From IMG/VR virus record IMGVR_UViG_3300005662_000008, positions 1 through 32,490 of that record: a stretch of 32,490 nt of DNA; one strand, given 5' to 3'. The position numbers were made by a program, and so were the translations under genes. Positions 18,500 to 26,662 of the stretch are shown in pieces. Below the pieces are notes generated by a model that ran no database searches, had not been told where the DNA came from, and saw only the letters and a list, made by a program, of their open reading frames with translations. The stretch comes from a virus (lineage: Duplodnaviria; Caudoviricetes). Numbering within the stretch: position 1 is the stretch's first letter; the number at the start of each line of letters is the position of its first letter.

Positions 18500-19977
18500 C
18501 GGAGTAATTTGAGAGCGTTTAAAGCACTTTCGCTGGATTGAACTATGCGGTGACTAGGCAGATTGAGAACACGCGTAGAAATGGCCTTCAAATGCCTCTC
18601 TGACTGGTTGCTGCCCCTTGCTGCCCGGCCCTCCGCTCCGTCACCTGCGATTCGGATGACCACGGGGTCCGCCTTGGCGATGAACTTGCTGTTGGAGAAT
18701 CGGTCGCCCTCGAACACGGCTAGCTTCCGTGATTTCTTCACGTAGGCGAGGAACGGGTCTAGGTCGCGCATCACCGCCATAGACAGGCGGTCGCTGCCCT
18801 CAAAGGTGGTGCCATCGTACTTACCCACGACGATGAAGTCGTCCGTCTCCACCCAGTGCACCATGCCCATGCGGTACTTGCGCGCCTCGCTCGTGAGGAG
18901 CTGCTTCATCACCCACGTCTTCCCCACCCCGCAGTTGCCTGTGATGAGTACGCACTGCCTCAACCACGGCTTGCTGCTGACCTTGAATCCTTCTTCTTCC
19001 ATCATGATGACCTCTCCGGTTAGGCGGTAGTGATTCTGTTTCTCCGGGCATAGGCCCCGGTCTAGGAGGTTGTCCTCTAGACGCAGGTGCTTAGGCAGCG
19101 CCCACTTACGGGCCTCCCAAAATACGCTAAAGTCCTCCGTAGGGCATAGCTGCTCGGCCTTCCGGATGCGGTCATGGAACATGTCGTTGTAGACGTTCGG
19201 GTACCTCCGGTTTATCCGGTGCCATCCTTTGTAGCAGCACAGGGTGGTCTCTAGGGTGAAGTACGATACGTCCGGGTGACCTATCCGCTCGCGCGCCTCG
19301 AGCAGGAGGGCCTCCCCTTCCCGCTCCAGCCAGTCGAGGTGGGGTGTGTAGTCCACGCGGTCCTGCTTCCACCAGTCGAGGTCGTCACGCCCTAGGACCT
19401 TGCACAGCCCGTTGCGGTGGCTCTTGCTCCCTGAGATGTCGTCTAGGAACAGCTGGTCGCAATCGAGGGGGATACCCGCAATACGGAGGTATTCCAAGTA
19501 GCTGAAGGTAGACAGCCGCCCGAAGGTGAGGTACTGGTTAGACACCACGTCCCACACTGCCCTGAAATTAGCGTGTTCCGTCCCTACGCACAGGTCTCCG
19601 TAGAACGCGTATTGGGTCTTCCCGTTAAGCGCCGCTTGATAGCTCTCCACGGCCTCCACGAACCTCATCCGCGTGTACCTGCGGTCCGTATCGAACGGCA
19701 GCCGCTCGCGATGGTGGGTGAACCACGCCCGCAGGTCCTCGATGTCAGCTGGAGGGAGCGGGTACTCCTTCCAAATACGGTAGGTGGTCAGAGGGTGCTG
19801 GGTGCAGCCGTTGATGAACGTGAACCACAGCGCCTGCTCCTTGGTCATACCCAGCTCCTTGAACAGGTACGGGAAGACGTAGTACACCCCCCCGGCATGA
19901 GCGCGGTACTTGAGGTGGTACTCGTAGAAGCGGAGGAACGTCTCGCGCCTGTGCTCGTGTAGGCGGTAGTCCATCAC
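18481..19977 (-). CDS. Amino acid:DNA transferase (aGPT-Pplase2-like) fused to a C-terminal P-loop 5-hydroxymethylpyrimidine DNA kinase
   Basis: N-domain MDYRL..RRETF, FGRLSTFSYLEYL, DDISGSKSHRNGLC, ETTLCCYK; C-domain (from ~aa 340) ITGNCGVGKT, GKYDGTTFEGSDRLS, FEGDRF. Confidence 0.82.
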   Translation of the reverse strand: MMDYRLHEHRRETFLRFYEYHLKYRAHAGGVYYVFPYLFKELGMTKEQALWFTFINGCTQHPLTTYRIWKEYPLPPADIEDLRAWFTHHRERLPFDTDRRYTRMRFVEAVESYQAALNGKTQYAFYGDLCVGTEHANFRAVWDVVSNQYLTFGRLSTFSYLEYLRIAGIPLDCDQLFLDDISGSKSHRNGLCKVLGRDDLDWWKQDRVDYTPHLDWLEREGEALLLEARERIGHPDVSYFTLETTLCCYKGWHRINRRYPNVYNDMFHDRIRKAEQLCPTEDFSVFWEARKWALPKHLRLEDNLLDRGLCPEKQNHYRLTGEVIMMEEEGFKVSSKPWLRQCVLITGNCGVGKTWVMKQLLTSEARKYRMGMVHWVETDDFIVVGKYDGTTFEGSDRLSMAVMRDLDPFLAYVKKSRKLAVFEGDRFSNSKFIAKADPVVIRIAGDGAEGRAARGSNQSERHLKAISTRVLNLPSHRIVQSSESALNALKLLRCEYSS

Positions 19978-20909
19978 ATCACGTCACTGCCTACAATCCA
20001 AAAGCAGGTAGTAGGGGTCAGGTACTCAGGCGCCCGCTCCTTGAGGTAGCGGATGCACTTGCCCTCGTAACGGGGGTGGAATCGGATGTCGCCGATGGCT
20101 TCACGCATCTCCTGCTGGTAGGTGCAGTACCCGGTGCCGTTCAGGTTCAGGTAAACCATGTCGTATTTCGCGTTCTCGCTAGCGAAATTGAAGTCAAAAT
20201 ACTCGTCCGTGTCAAGCCCTAGGTTCACCTCAACGACGGCACGGAGCCTCCTCCGAACGTACCCGATGTCATTGCTGCCCATGTTGCCGATGCCCATCAG
20301 CACGATGCGCTTCAACCCCGGCGGTGGGTACATCATGATGCCGTAGAGGATGCTCGTCACGCTGTTGCAGCTGCCGCACGGGATGATTAGGGTCTCCACG
20401 TCCTCCGGTATGTTCATCACCTGCCACGCGCCTACGCGGTGAAATCCCTCTATGTCCCTAAATGAGTTCTTCTCTAGGTCGAGGGTGATGTTGGTCTCTA
20501 GGTAGCGGAACCCCTCCCATGCGAGCGACGCCTTACGCGCCTGCGCCCCGCACGCCTGAGCGTACCCGACCCGGCTGGAGACGATGTGCGCTCCAAACTC
20601 GTGCGCCATGCGGAGGTACTTGTGCTCTAGCGGCTTGCGGACCCCGCTTACGATGTAGCAACCCACGTTGTAGTGGCGGCACGCTGCGGCTATGAACGCG
20701 TGCTGTGGACTTTGGCTGACGCTACCGCTAGCCACGCCCTTCAGGTTACCCTCGTCGTACCACTTGTCGACTAGGTAGATGCACTGCCGGAGCTTGCTTC
20801 CGTTGATGTTGCCGTACCCTAGCGGAGCGAACTTGTCGTCCCGCTTGAAGTACATGCCCCCGTGCCGTTCAACCGGGGTTAGGTCCCTCAGTTTTGACCC
20901 CCACGTCAT
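19974..20909 (-). CDS. PLP-dependent enzyme (fold II), putative DNA-adduct decarboxylase
   Basis: LTPVE...FKRDD...NGSKLRQ (PLP lysine); IPCGSCNS phosphate loop; FHPRYEGK; FWIVG. Confidence 0.82.
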   Translation of the reverse strand: MTWGSKLRDLTPVERHGGMYFKRDDKFAPLGYGNINGSKLRQCIYLVDKWYDEGNLKGVASGSVSQSPQHAFIAAACRHYNVGCYIVSGVRKPLEHKYLRMAHEFGAHIVSSRVGYAQACGAQARKASLAWEGFRYLETNITLDLEKNSFRDIEGFHRVGAWQVMNIPEDVETLIIPCGSCNSVTSILYGIMMYPPPGLKRIVLMGIGNMGSNDIGYVRRRLRAVVEVNLGLDTDEYFDFNFASENAKYDMVYLNLNGTGYCTYQQEMREAIGDIRFHPRYEGKCIRYLKERAPEYLTPTTCFWIVGSDVM

Positions 20910-21502
20910 TCGCCTAGCTCGTCTCGGAGCAGGGTGAGTAGCGCCATCCCCACATCGAAGTTGCGCCTGTTGGCTTCTTTCACTAACTCGTATGCCTCTT
21001 GAAAGAGGTCATTAGGGAAGTTGATGAGGATGCCCCGCTCGGTGCTCTCCGCTATCTTGGTTACGCGCTCGTCTATGCCGCTGAACTCGTCTGAATCCAA
21101 TACCGTGTAGTCCGCATCGACCTCCGGCACCCACACGTGTAGGCCCCAGTCGTTCAGCTGGACAGCGTCCCACGTGTTGCTGAGCATGTCCCAGTCCCAC
21201 TCCCCATAGCTGACGTTGTCCTTGACCACAAACTGCTTGCGCTGCTCCTCAGTCCAGCCCTCGGCTACGATGACAGGCACCTCTTTGAACTTCAGCTCCT
21301 CGAGCGCCTTCAACCGCATGTTGCCCCCTAGCGCCACGTGGTCCTCATCAACCACGATAGGTCGCTTCCACAACATCTCCGGGAACTCCTTTAGGGACTT
21401 GACCAGCTGGCGGTACTTCTCGTCCCGGATGACGCGCGGGTTGTCCGGGTTAGGCTTGATTTGGCTCAGGGGTAGGGTCTGAATCATCGCAGGTGTGTTC
21501 AT
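20906..21502 (-). CDS. ParB/Srx-like N-terminal domain protein
   Basis: IKPNPDNPRVI, RPIVVDED...GGNMRLKAL, FVVKDNVSYGEWD; no ParA nearby. Confidence 0.85.
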   Translation of the reverse strand: MNTPAMIQTLPLSQIKPNPDNPRVIRDEKYRQLVKSLKEFPEMLWKRPIVVDEDHVALGGNMRLKALEELKFKEVPVIVAEGWTEEQRKQFVVKDNVSYGEWDWDMLSNTWDAVQLNDWGLHVWVPEVDADYTVLDSDEFSGIDERVTKIAESTERGILINFPNDLFQEAYELVKEANRRNFDVGMALLTLLRDELGE

Positions 21503-21869
21503 AGATGGTTTTGAGTTCGTTCAGTACGCGTATCATGCACGAGGGGCAGCGCGTGTACTCCTGCCTCCTACCGGTGTACCGCTGGTAGAGGTCGATGGCT
21601 AGGTGCTGGGTTGCCGCTGTGATGGTGTCGTTGAGGGTGATGGCCGCTAGGTGCTGCTCGTAGATGCGCTTGTCTACGGGAGCGAAGGTGCGGTAGTACG
21701 GGAACAGGAGGTTGAGGGCGGTGCGCCGCTCGTCACACCCGCAGTCGCTACCGGCAATGGCCTTAACGACCGCCTTAACCCCGGTGGCGGTAGTGATGGC
21801 GTCGATGGTGTCACCTAGGCCCTTGGCCTTTCTGCGCCGCGTGGGTTTGCTTGATTGCGTCTCTGACAT
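21450..21869 (-). CDS. Conserved hypothetical protein with Cys motifs
   Basis: KGLGDTI...TGVKAVVK...DCGCDERR and CPSC. Confidence 0.7.
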   Translation of the reverse strand: MSETQSSKPTRRRKAKGLGDTIDAITTATGVKAVVKAIAGSDCGCDERRTALNLLFPYYRTFAPVDKRIYEQHLAAITLNDTITAATQHLAIDLYQRYTGRRQEYTRCPSCMIRVLNELKTIYEHTCDDSDPTPEPNQA

Positions 21870-22350
21870 GCTTGATGGCCTTATAGATAGTAGTTCGGCT
21901 GATTCCGGTCTCCTTGGCGAGGGTGTTTAGGGAGTGTCCGTGAGCAACATACACCATAAACACCATCCGCTCAAAATAGGGGTACCGCTCCAACTGCTTC
22001 TCTACAAAGTTACACAGCGCCTCTCTACGTTCCCACTCGCCATCGTCGGGTGTGCTCCACTCCTCTATCTCGTAAGCGGCCGCTCGGTGGCGTTCAACCT
22101 GCTTGCGGTACTTGTAGTGCCATGGGCTGGTCTTGCTGTTGTACTGGTTCATCATGATGCGTGCTATCCAGTACCGCATCTGACCTCGTTCAATCAGGCC
22201 CACCATCCGACCCCGGTCACTCTCGTACAGGATGACCATCACCTCGTGTGCGAGGTCGTCTGCGTCGTGGCGGTTACCCCGCGTGACGGCAACCGCCATC
22301 TTGACGATGGCATCGTAGTTCGAGGTGACGTATTTGTCCAGTGGGTCCAC
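21811..22350 (-). CDS. ECF-type sigma-70-like factor (probable late/middle gene activator)
   Basis: Region 2-like DADDLAHEV...YWIARIMMN; region 4 HTH SLNTLAKETGISRTTIYKAI; start uncertain (GTG 22350 or ATG 22425). Confidence 0.75.
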   Translation of the reverse strand: MDPLDKYVTSNYDAIVKMAVAVTRGNRHDADDLAHEVMVILYESDRGRMVGLIERGQMRYWIARIMMNQYNSKTSPWHYKYRKQVERHRAAAYEIEEWSTPDDGEWERREALCNFVEKQLERYPYFERMVFMVYVAHGHSLNTLAKETGISRTTIYKAIKHVRDAIKQTHAAQKGQGPR

Positions 22351-22453
22351 GTAGAGAAGTATTAAAACAGGCCCTTTGTGGTGGTCAAAAAATGGCCTCG
22401 GAACGCGTTGATTCTCATAGAACAAGCACTTCTCAAGAAGAATAGCCGAGCGG

Positions 22454-22927
22454 TTACTCCGAGCTAGATGATTGATTCTTGCCTAGAGAAAATGCCTCTC
22501 CGTTACTCTCTAGTTCACGGACTTTCGCCCTGAATTCAGCTATCATCGTCTCTAGGTCGTGGGTGCTGAATCGAGCGCTTTGGTTACTCCTCACCTGAAC
22601 CGCCCATGCCGTGCCGGGGCCGTACTTGCGGTCCAAGTTCAACCCAAACTGGTACTGGTGACCTGCGTTGGTGAGGTTGCAGTGCTTACACTGCGGCTTG
22701 ACGTTGAGCGGGTCCCAGCGTGTGGCGTACTTGGCCCTCGTTTGGAAGTGGCCCGCGTCCATCTCCTTCCAGTGCTTCACGGCACCACAGGTCCAGCACT
22801 GCTGGCGTCCAAACGAGTCAGCCCCCGACAGCCGCACCCATTGACTGAATGCGGTATCGAGGGCTGCTACTAGTTTGCTGCGGCTTACTTGTCGTCGCTT
22901 GGGGAGTCGGGCTTGAAGGTGGGCCAT
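22454..22927 (-). CDS. ninG: NinG/Rap-like endonuclease
   Basis: LDTAFSQWVRL, CWTCG, DAGHF, TRWDPLNVKPQCKHCN. Confidence 0.85.
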   Translation of the reverse strand: MAHLQARLPKRRQVSRSKLVAALDTAFSQWVRLSGADSFGRQQCWTCGAVKHWKEMDAGHFQTRAKYATRWDPLNVKPQCKHCNLTNAGHQYQFGLNLDRKYGPGTAWAVQVRSNQSARFSTHDLETMIAEFRAKVRELESNGEAFSLGKNQSSSSE

Positions 22928-23508
22928 ATACCTATCTCTTTGAGTTCAGCGTCGCTGAGGGTGATAGGCTCAAACTTAGGCCTTAACTCGCTAACCCGCT
23001 TCAGGTTTGGGTCCGGGGCCACGCGATGCATGCGCTCGAGCACGTCCGCCCGGTACTCGCCCTCGTACGCGCGGAACGCGTCCATGAGTTCGCGGGTGCG
23101 GAAGGTCCCGAACAGCTTAGGCAGGAGCTTGCCCCGCCGGATGAGGTCGCACACTACGCACACCTCCTCCATCTTCAGCGCTGGGAACTCCGCTAGGAGC
23201 GCATCGCACGCTGTGATGAGGTCGTCTGCATCCTGAAGGGTGTTAGTGGCGCCTACGTCCTTGACGAGCCTGCCGATTTGCAGGGCCAACCACGCCCGCA
23301 TAGTGGACGGGTCCACCTTAACCGCCCGCGCTAACGAGGTGCCTCCCTGCCACGCGCTCGTGGGTGTGAGTTCCCGCCGCACAGCGGAGGCTGCCTCACC
23401 CCCCGCCAGTAGCCCAGTCGCGGAGGGTGTCAACATCGAAGCCAGCTCCGGGGAGGCCCCCCTTGTGCTTAGCTGGTTTGTCAACTGGGAAAATACCTTG
23501 GTATCCAT
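22885..23508 (-). CDS. Hypothetical protein, possible helicase-loader/replication accessory
   Basis: 207 aa directly downstream of and overlapping the initiator; function inferred from position only. Confidence 0.5.
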   Translation of the reverse strand: MDTKVFSQLTNQLSTRGASPELASMLTPSATGLLAGGEAASAVRRELTPTSAWQGGTSLARAVKVDPSTMRAWLALQIGRLVKDVGATNTLQDADDLITACDALLAEFPALKMEEVCVVCDLIRRGKLLPKLFGTFRTRELMDAFRAYEGEYRADVLERMHRVAPDPNLKRVSELRPKFEPITLSDAELKEIGIWPTFKPDSPSDDK

Positions 23509-24154
23509 TGGCTATAGAGTTTTGAATCATGGCGATGGCGACGCGCACATCGCCGCCGCTCTCTAGTTGTAGCTTGTGGAGGGCTGCTTGCTCCCCCCGC
23601 TCCGTGTACGCGCGGATGTTGCGCTCCCGGCGGTCCTTCTTCCACTCGGACCACAAGGCTGCAAACCCATCATCATCCCACGGGAGTTGAACTTGGTTTT
23701 TTACTGGTTCTTCTATTGTGTTTCTTACTTGGTATTGGTTTGGTCGTTCGCCAAAATGCATTTGGTCGTTTGCCAAAATGGATTTCGGCGTTTGACCAAA
23801 TGGATTTGGTGATTCGCCAAATTGGGGCAGCGCTAGGTCGTAGATAGCCCCCACCGGGGCTGTGATGGTGTACCACTTCGTCCGGTCCATACCCATGCGG
23901 TTGAACTGGGACACCTCTATGGCCGAATCCTTCTCTAGGTTCCTGAGCACCCTACGTATCTGCTCAGCCGTCCAGTAGGGGAAGAACACGCTAAAGGCCC
24001 GTGCGCTGTTGTATGTCCACACCCGACCCTCGTGGAGGTTGAGTCCGTTCGCTTGGTTGTAGACCACCCAGTAGACGAGGTGATGGAGCATGATTGCCCC
24101 ATCGACCCCGTACCGCTGAGCAGCTACAGCGTTGAAATAAACGTCTCGCCTCAT
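23396..24154 (-). CDS. Replication initiator protein (lambda O-like organisation)
   Basis: N-terminal wHTH-type YGVDGAIMLHHLVYW...WTYNS...FPYWTAEQIRR; internal iterons; C-terminal WSEWKKDR...SIANGYQGIF. Confidence 0.8.
   Translation of the reverse strand: MRRDVYFNAVAAQRYGVDGAIMLHHLVYWVVYNQANGLNLHEGRVWTYNSARAFSVFFPYWTAEQIRRVLRNLEKDSAIEVSQFNRMGMDRTKWYTITAPVGAIYDLALPQFGESPNPFGQTPKSILANDQMHFGERPNQYQVRNTIEEPVKNQVQLPWDDDGFAALWSEWKKDRRERNIRAYTERGEQAALHKLQLESGGDVRVAIAMIQNSIANGYQGIFPVDKPAKHKGGLPGAGFDVDTLRDWATGGG
23739..23826. repeat. Four 22-bp iterons; probable replication origin
   Basis: TTTGGTCGTTCGCCAAAATGCA / TTTGGTCGTTTGCCAAAATGGA / TTTCGGCGTTTGACCAAATGGA / TTTGGTGATTCGCCAAATTGGG, with an AT-rich tract next to them at ~23690-23738. 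Confidence 0.85.
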
Positions 24155-24378
24155 TTGAGTGGCCTCTCCGGTAACGAATAGTGATGCCTTAGGACAACGT
24201 CTACCACTTCGGTAATCGTTACTCTCCCGGTACCGGAGATGGCTTTCGTGTGCTTGAGCATGGGCAGCGGGTTGCGCTGAACCCAGTTGGTTACCGTCAT
24301 AGCGGATACCCCAAGCTGCTCGGCCATCCTCGCCTGCGTGCCATACACGCTCCTAATCATTAGCTTAAGGTCGCTCAT
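24151..24378 (-). CDS. Cro/XRE-like HTH protein
   Basis: TQARMAEQLGVSAMTVTNWV; likely start MSDLKL at 24378. Confidence 0.75.
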   Translation of the reverse strand: MSDLKLMIRSVYGTQARMAEQLGVSAMTVTNWVQRNPLPMLKHTKAISGTGRVTITEVVDVVLRHHYSLPERPLK

Positions 24379-24805
24379 CGCTCGGCGGGATTGCAGCCAA
24401 CGCGTCACGCATCCGGAGCAGCGTGCGGGCTTGGTTCATCAACGTGGCTTCGCTATCGACCGGAGTGCCAGCGGCCATGTTCCACTGAATGGCCTGACCC
24501 AAGGCCCATGACGCGTCTATGCGCGCCTGAAGGTTTGGGTCTGACGCTCTCGCGCCCCCGCCCCCGAACCCGCCTCGCGGCGCGTTAGGGTCCTGCTTGC
24601 TGAGCTTGAGCCGGGGTGTGCCCCGGAACTCGCCAGTGACCTCGTACCACACGGTATCCCCCTCCTTCCATGGTGGGGGCTGGGTCTTTGAGGAGGCTTC
24701 ACCCTCCACCCCGTCTGCGAATGCGACGGAGTATTTGAACATGCGTCCGTACTGGCCATCGTAGTGGCCCATTCCCTGTACTTGGGTAATTGTGGTCTGT
24801 GTCAT
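24365..24805 (-). CDS. Putative single-stranded DNA-binding (OB-fold-like) protein
   Basis: Likely start MTQTT at 24805; beta-rich N-domain, Gly-rich linker (PRGGFGGGG) and helical tail; upstream of the initiator. Confidence 0.45.
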   Translation of the reverse strand: MTQTTITQVQGMGHYDGQYGRMFKYSVAFADGVEGEASSKTQPPPWKEGDTVWYEVTGEFRGTPRLKLSKQDPNAPRGGFGGGGARASDPNLQARIDASWALGQAIQWNMAAGTPVDSEATLMNQARTLLRMRDALAAIPPSDERP

Positions 24806-24844
24806 TGCTATGACTGATTTTAGGTGTTTAACAAAGGTTTCAAT

Positions 24845-24942
24845 ACTCTTCTGCAAGAGTTTTGCATCTTCTCACAAGAGTTTCAAACTCTTGCAACGCT
24901 AGGTTTCTATTCACGGAACTCTTGCAAACTCTTGCAGCGAGT
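24845..24942. repeat. Phased AAGAGT/ACTCTT array C
   Basis: Hexamers at 24845, 24855, 24865*, 24876, 24887, [25-bp core similar to array B], 24918, 24928, 24937* (* degenerate). Confidence 0.88.
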
Positions 24943-25273
24943 CCTTAATTCCTTCTTGTTCCTCTACGGCCCAATCTATCCATTGGACCAAGGGGTAAAC
25001 GAACTTGTTGAAGCCACTCAGCGGGATGTCCGGTTCAGGGGTGACGAAGTACATCTCCCGATGGGTATCGGTGGAGTAGTAGCCTAGGTGGGTGTAATGG
25101 CCCTGTTTCCAGCAGGCCATCAACCAATGGTAGTCGCGAGCGTGCCGCTCCGTGATGAAGTACAGCCGGGCAGTGTCCGTGCTGAAAATCGTAGGCAGGT
25201 ACCGATAGACCCCGGTAGGGCCGTCCGGGTCGTCCTTCCACACCCAGTTAGGTGGGGCTATTTGACTGGCCAT
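24911..25273 (-). CDS. Hypothetical protein
   Basis: 120 aa; A/C-rich leader; 3' end overlaps array C. Confidence 0.65.
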   Translation of the reverse strand: MASQIAPPNWVWKDDPDGPTGVYRYLPTIFSTDTARLYFITERHARDYHWLMACWKQGHYTHLGYYSTDTHREMYFVTPEPDIPLSGFNKFVYPLVQWIDWAVEEQEGIKDSLQEFARVP

Positions 25274-25532
25274 GGGTGTTGGTTGAGTTGACGTAATCGA
25301 AGTCGGTCAGTAGCGCCTCCATCGCCGCGTGCGCATCGCTCTCTATGACGTAGAGCAGGTACCTAAGGCGCTCGATAGGGTTGGCCCTAGGGTCACCCTC
25401 TACCTTCGCCATGCGCCTGCCAGCCAGTTCCAGTTTGCGCAGCGCGTCATTCCACTCCTGACGTGCTCTCACGCGTTCTGAGGTAGCGAGGTTACCTCCC
25501 ATGGGGTCGTGTGGTTCGTTGGTGTAGCTCAT
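25248..25532 (-). CDS. Hypothetical protein
   Basis: 94 aa; ATGA-coupled to the upstream gene. Confidence 0.65.
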   Translation of the reverse strand: MSYTNEPHDPMGGNLATSERVRARQEWNDALRKLELAGRRMAKVEGDPRANPIERLRYLLYVIESDAHAAMEALLTDFDYVNSTNTHGQSNSPT

Positions 25533-25930
25533 GATACAATCGTTGATTCTTGGCTAGTTTCTGCGTCCCGTTCTTTCTTGGCCTGCTCAGCGCGCTCGAT
25601 GTCGGCGTTGAGGTCGGCCGCTATGTGGCCCCTCACCCAGTCCACCACCTCGTGCCACGACACCCGGTCGTTTAGCTCAGTGATGATGACGCCTCCAATG
25701 GGGTCCTTGCGCAGGTTGCGCGTGTCGTCGGTCCATAGCTCGTGGACCTTGATGATGACCCGTTCATGGAACTCCCAGTCATGCGAGCGCACCCGCTTCG
25801 CGCTCAGGTAGTCACACAAGAAGGGCAGTAGTTGGTTCTTCCACATCCAGCGCTGCATAGCGTGGGTTCCGAGGTCGATGACGCAGGAGTACTTGTGTAG
25901 CTCCTTGTAGTTAGGTCCGTTGTGGTTCAT
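25529..25930 (-). CDS. Hypothetical protein
   Basis: 133 aa; coupled overlaps on both sides. Confidence 0.7.
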   Translation of the reverse strand: MNHNGPNYKELHKYSCVIDLGTHAMQRWMWKNQLLPFLCDYLSAKRVRSHDWEFHERVIIKVHELWTDDTRNLRKDPIGGVIITELNDRVSWHEVVDWVRGHIAADLNADIERAEQAKKERDAETSQESTIVS

Positions 25931-26073
25931 GGTTCAGTGGTTTGAATGCACCAGTTCTCAAGGTAGTTTAGGGCGTTCTCTGCCTGCTTGATGTGCAGGG
26001 CAGCGTAGTCGTCAGCTGGCTCTACGGTAGCGATGAATGACCGCAGAATCTCTAGGGCACGTTCCTGTGTCAT
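25927..26073 (-). CDS. Small hypothetical protein (48 aa, MTQERALEILRSFIATVEPADDY...)
   Basis: Manual translation; TAATG and ATGA overlaps with both neighbours; absent from the ORF track. Confidence 0.65.
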   Translation of the reverse strand: MTQERALEILRSFIATVEPADDYAALHIKQAENALNYLENWCIQTTEP

Positions 26074-26468
26074 TAGCTGAACAGGGTTTGGGCTTCGTTG
26101 CTGGCCTCCGTGGGCTTCGCGGTTACGCCGTAGAACTGCTTAGCGCGTACCCACATGTCCGTTACCGCAGCGAGTGCCTTCGCCTCCTCCTCGTACCCGT
26201 ACGAGCGAGCGCACTGCACGACCCCGTAGAGGGAATCGAGCATCGAGCAAGCCAGCTCGTAATTGCCGCCTAGATAGGCGTCCATCCCAGTGTAGAGCAC
26301 GCACAGCCGGGTGTTGGCCTTGATGAGCTGGTGCATAGCCAGCTTGCGCTTGTGCGCTGGGGTCTTGTTGATTTCGGCGTAGAGCGCTGCGAGCGCTTCA
26401 GCGGTCAGGGTGGCGGCACGCTGTACGTGGCTATCCACCGGGGTCAGTAGTTGATTCATTACATCCAT
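26073..26468 (-). CDS. Hypothetical protein (helical)
   Basis: 131 aa in a tightly packed operon. Confidence 0.65.
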   Translation of the reverse strand: MDVMNQLLTPVDSHVQRAATLTAEALAALYAEINKTPAHKRKLAMHQLIKANTRLCVLYTGMDAYLGGNYELACSMLDSLYGVVQCARSYGYEEEAKALAAVTDMWVRAKQFYGVTAKPTEASNEAQTLFS

Positions 26469-26662
26469 GGGTTTAACTGGTTCTCGACTTCTAGTAACTC
26501 CCGCATCGCATCGGCTGCGGCTTCGCGGGCAAGGTGCAGGCGCCTGCTCTGCTCGCCCTCGTGTATGCTCCGCTCCATGCCTAGGCGGAACATCAGCTCA
26601 GCTACGTCGCTCTGAAGGCCGATGACGTTAGCGAGCAGCTGGCGTACTTCGTTCTCAGGCAT
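26459..26662 (-). CDS. Hypothetical protein
   Basis: 67 aa, coiled-coil-like, overlapping neighbours. Confidence 0.6.
   Translation of the reverse strand: MPENEVRQLLANVIGLQSDVAELMFRLGMERSIHEGEQSRRLHLAREAAADAMRELLEVENQLNPWM

Noticed and set aside
20906-21502. ParABS plasmid-prophage partition system
   Set aside because: No ParA and no clear ParB HTH/dimerisation region; the context is the modification/terminase cluster
23739-23826. 22-bp repeats as a novel element
   Set aside because: Iterons inside the initiator gene next to an AT-rich tract are the standard lambdoid-type origin; listed as a feature
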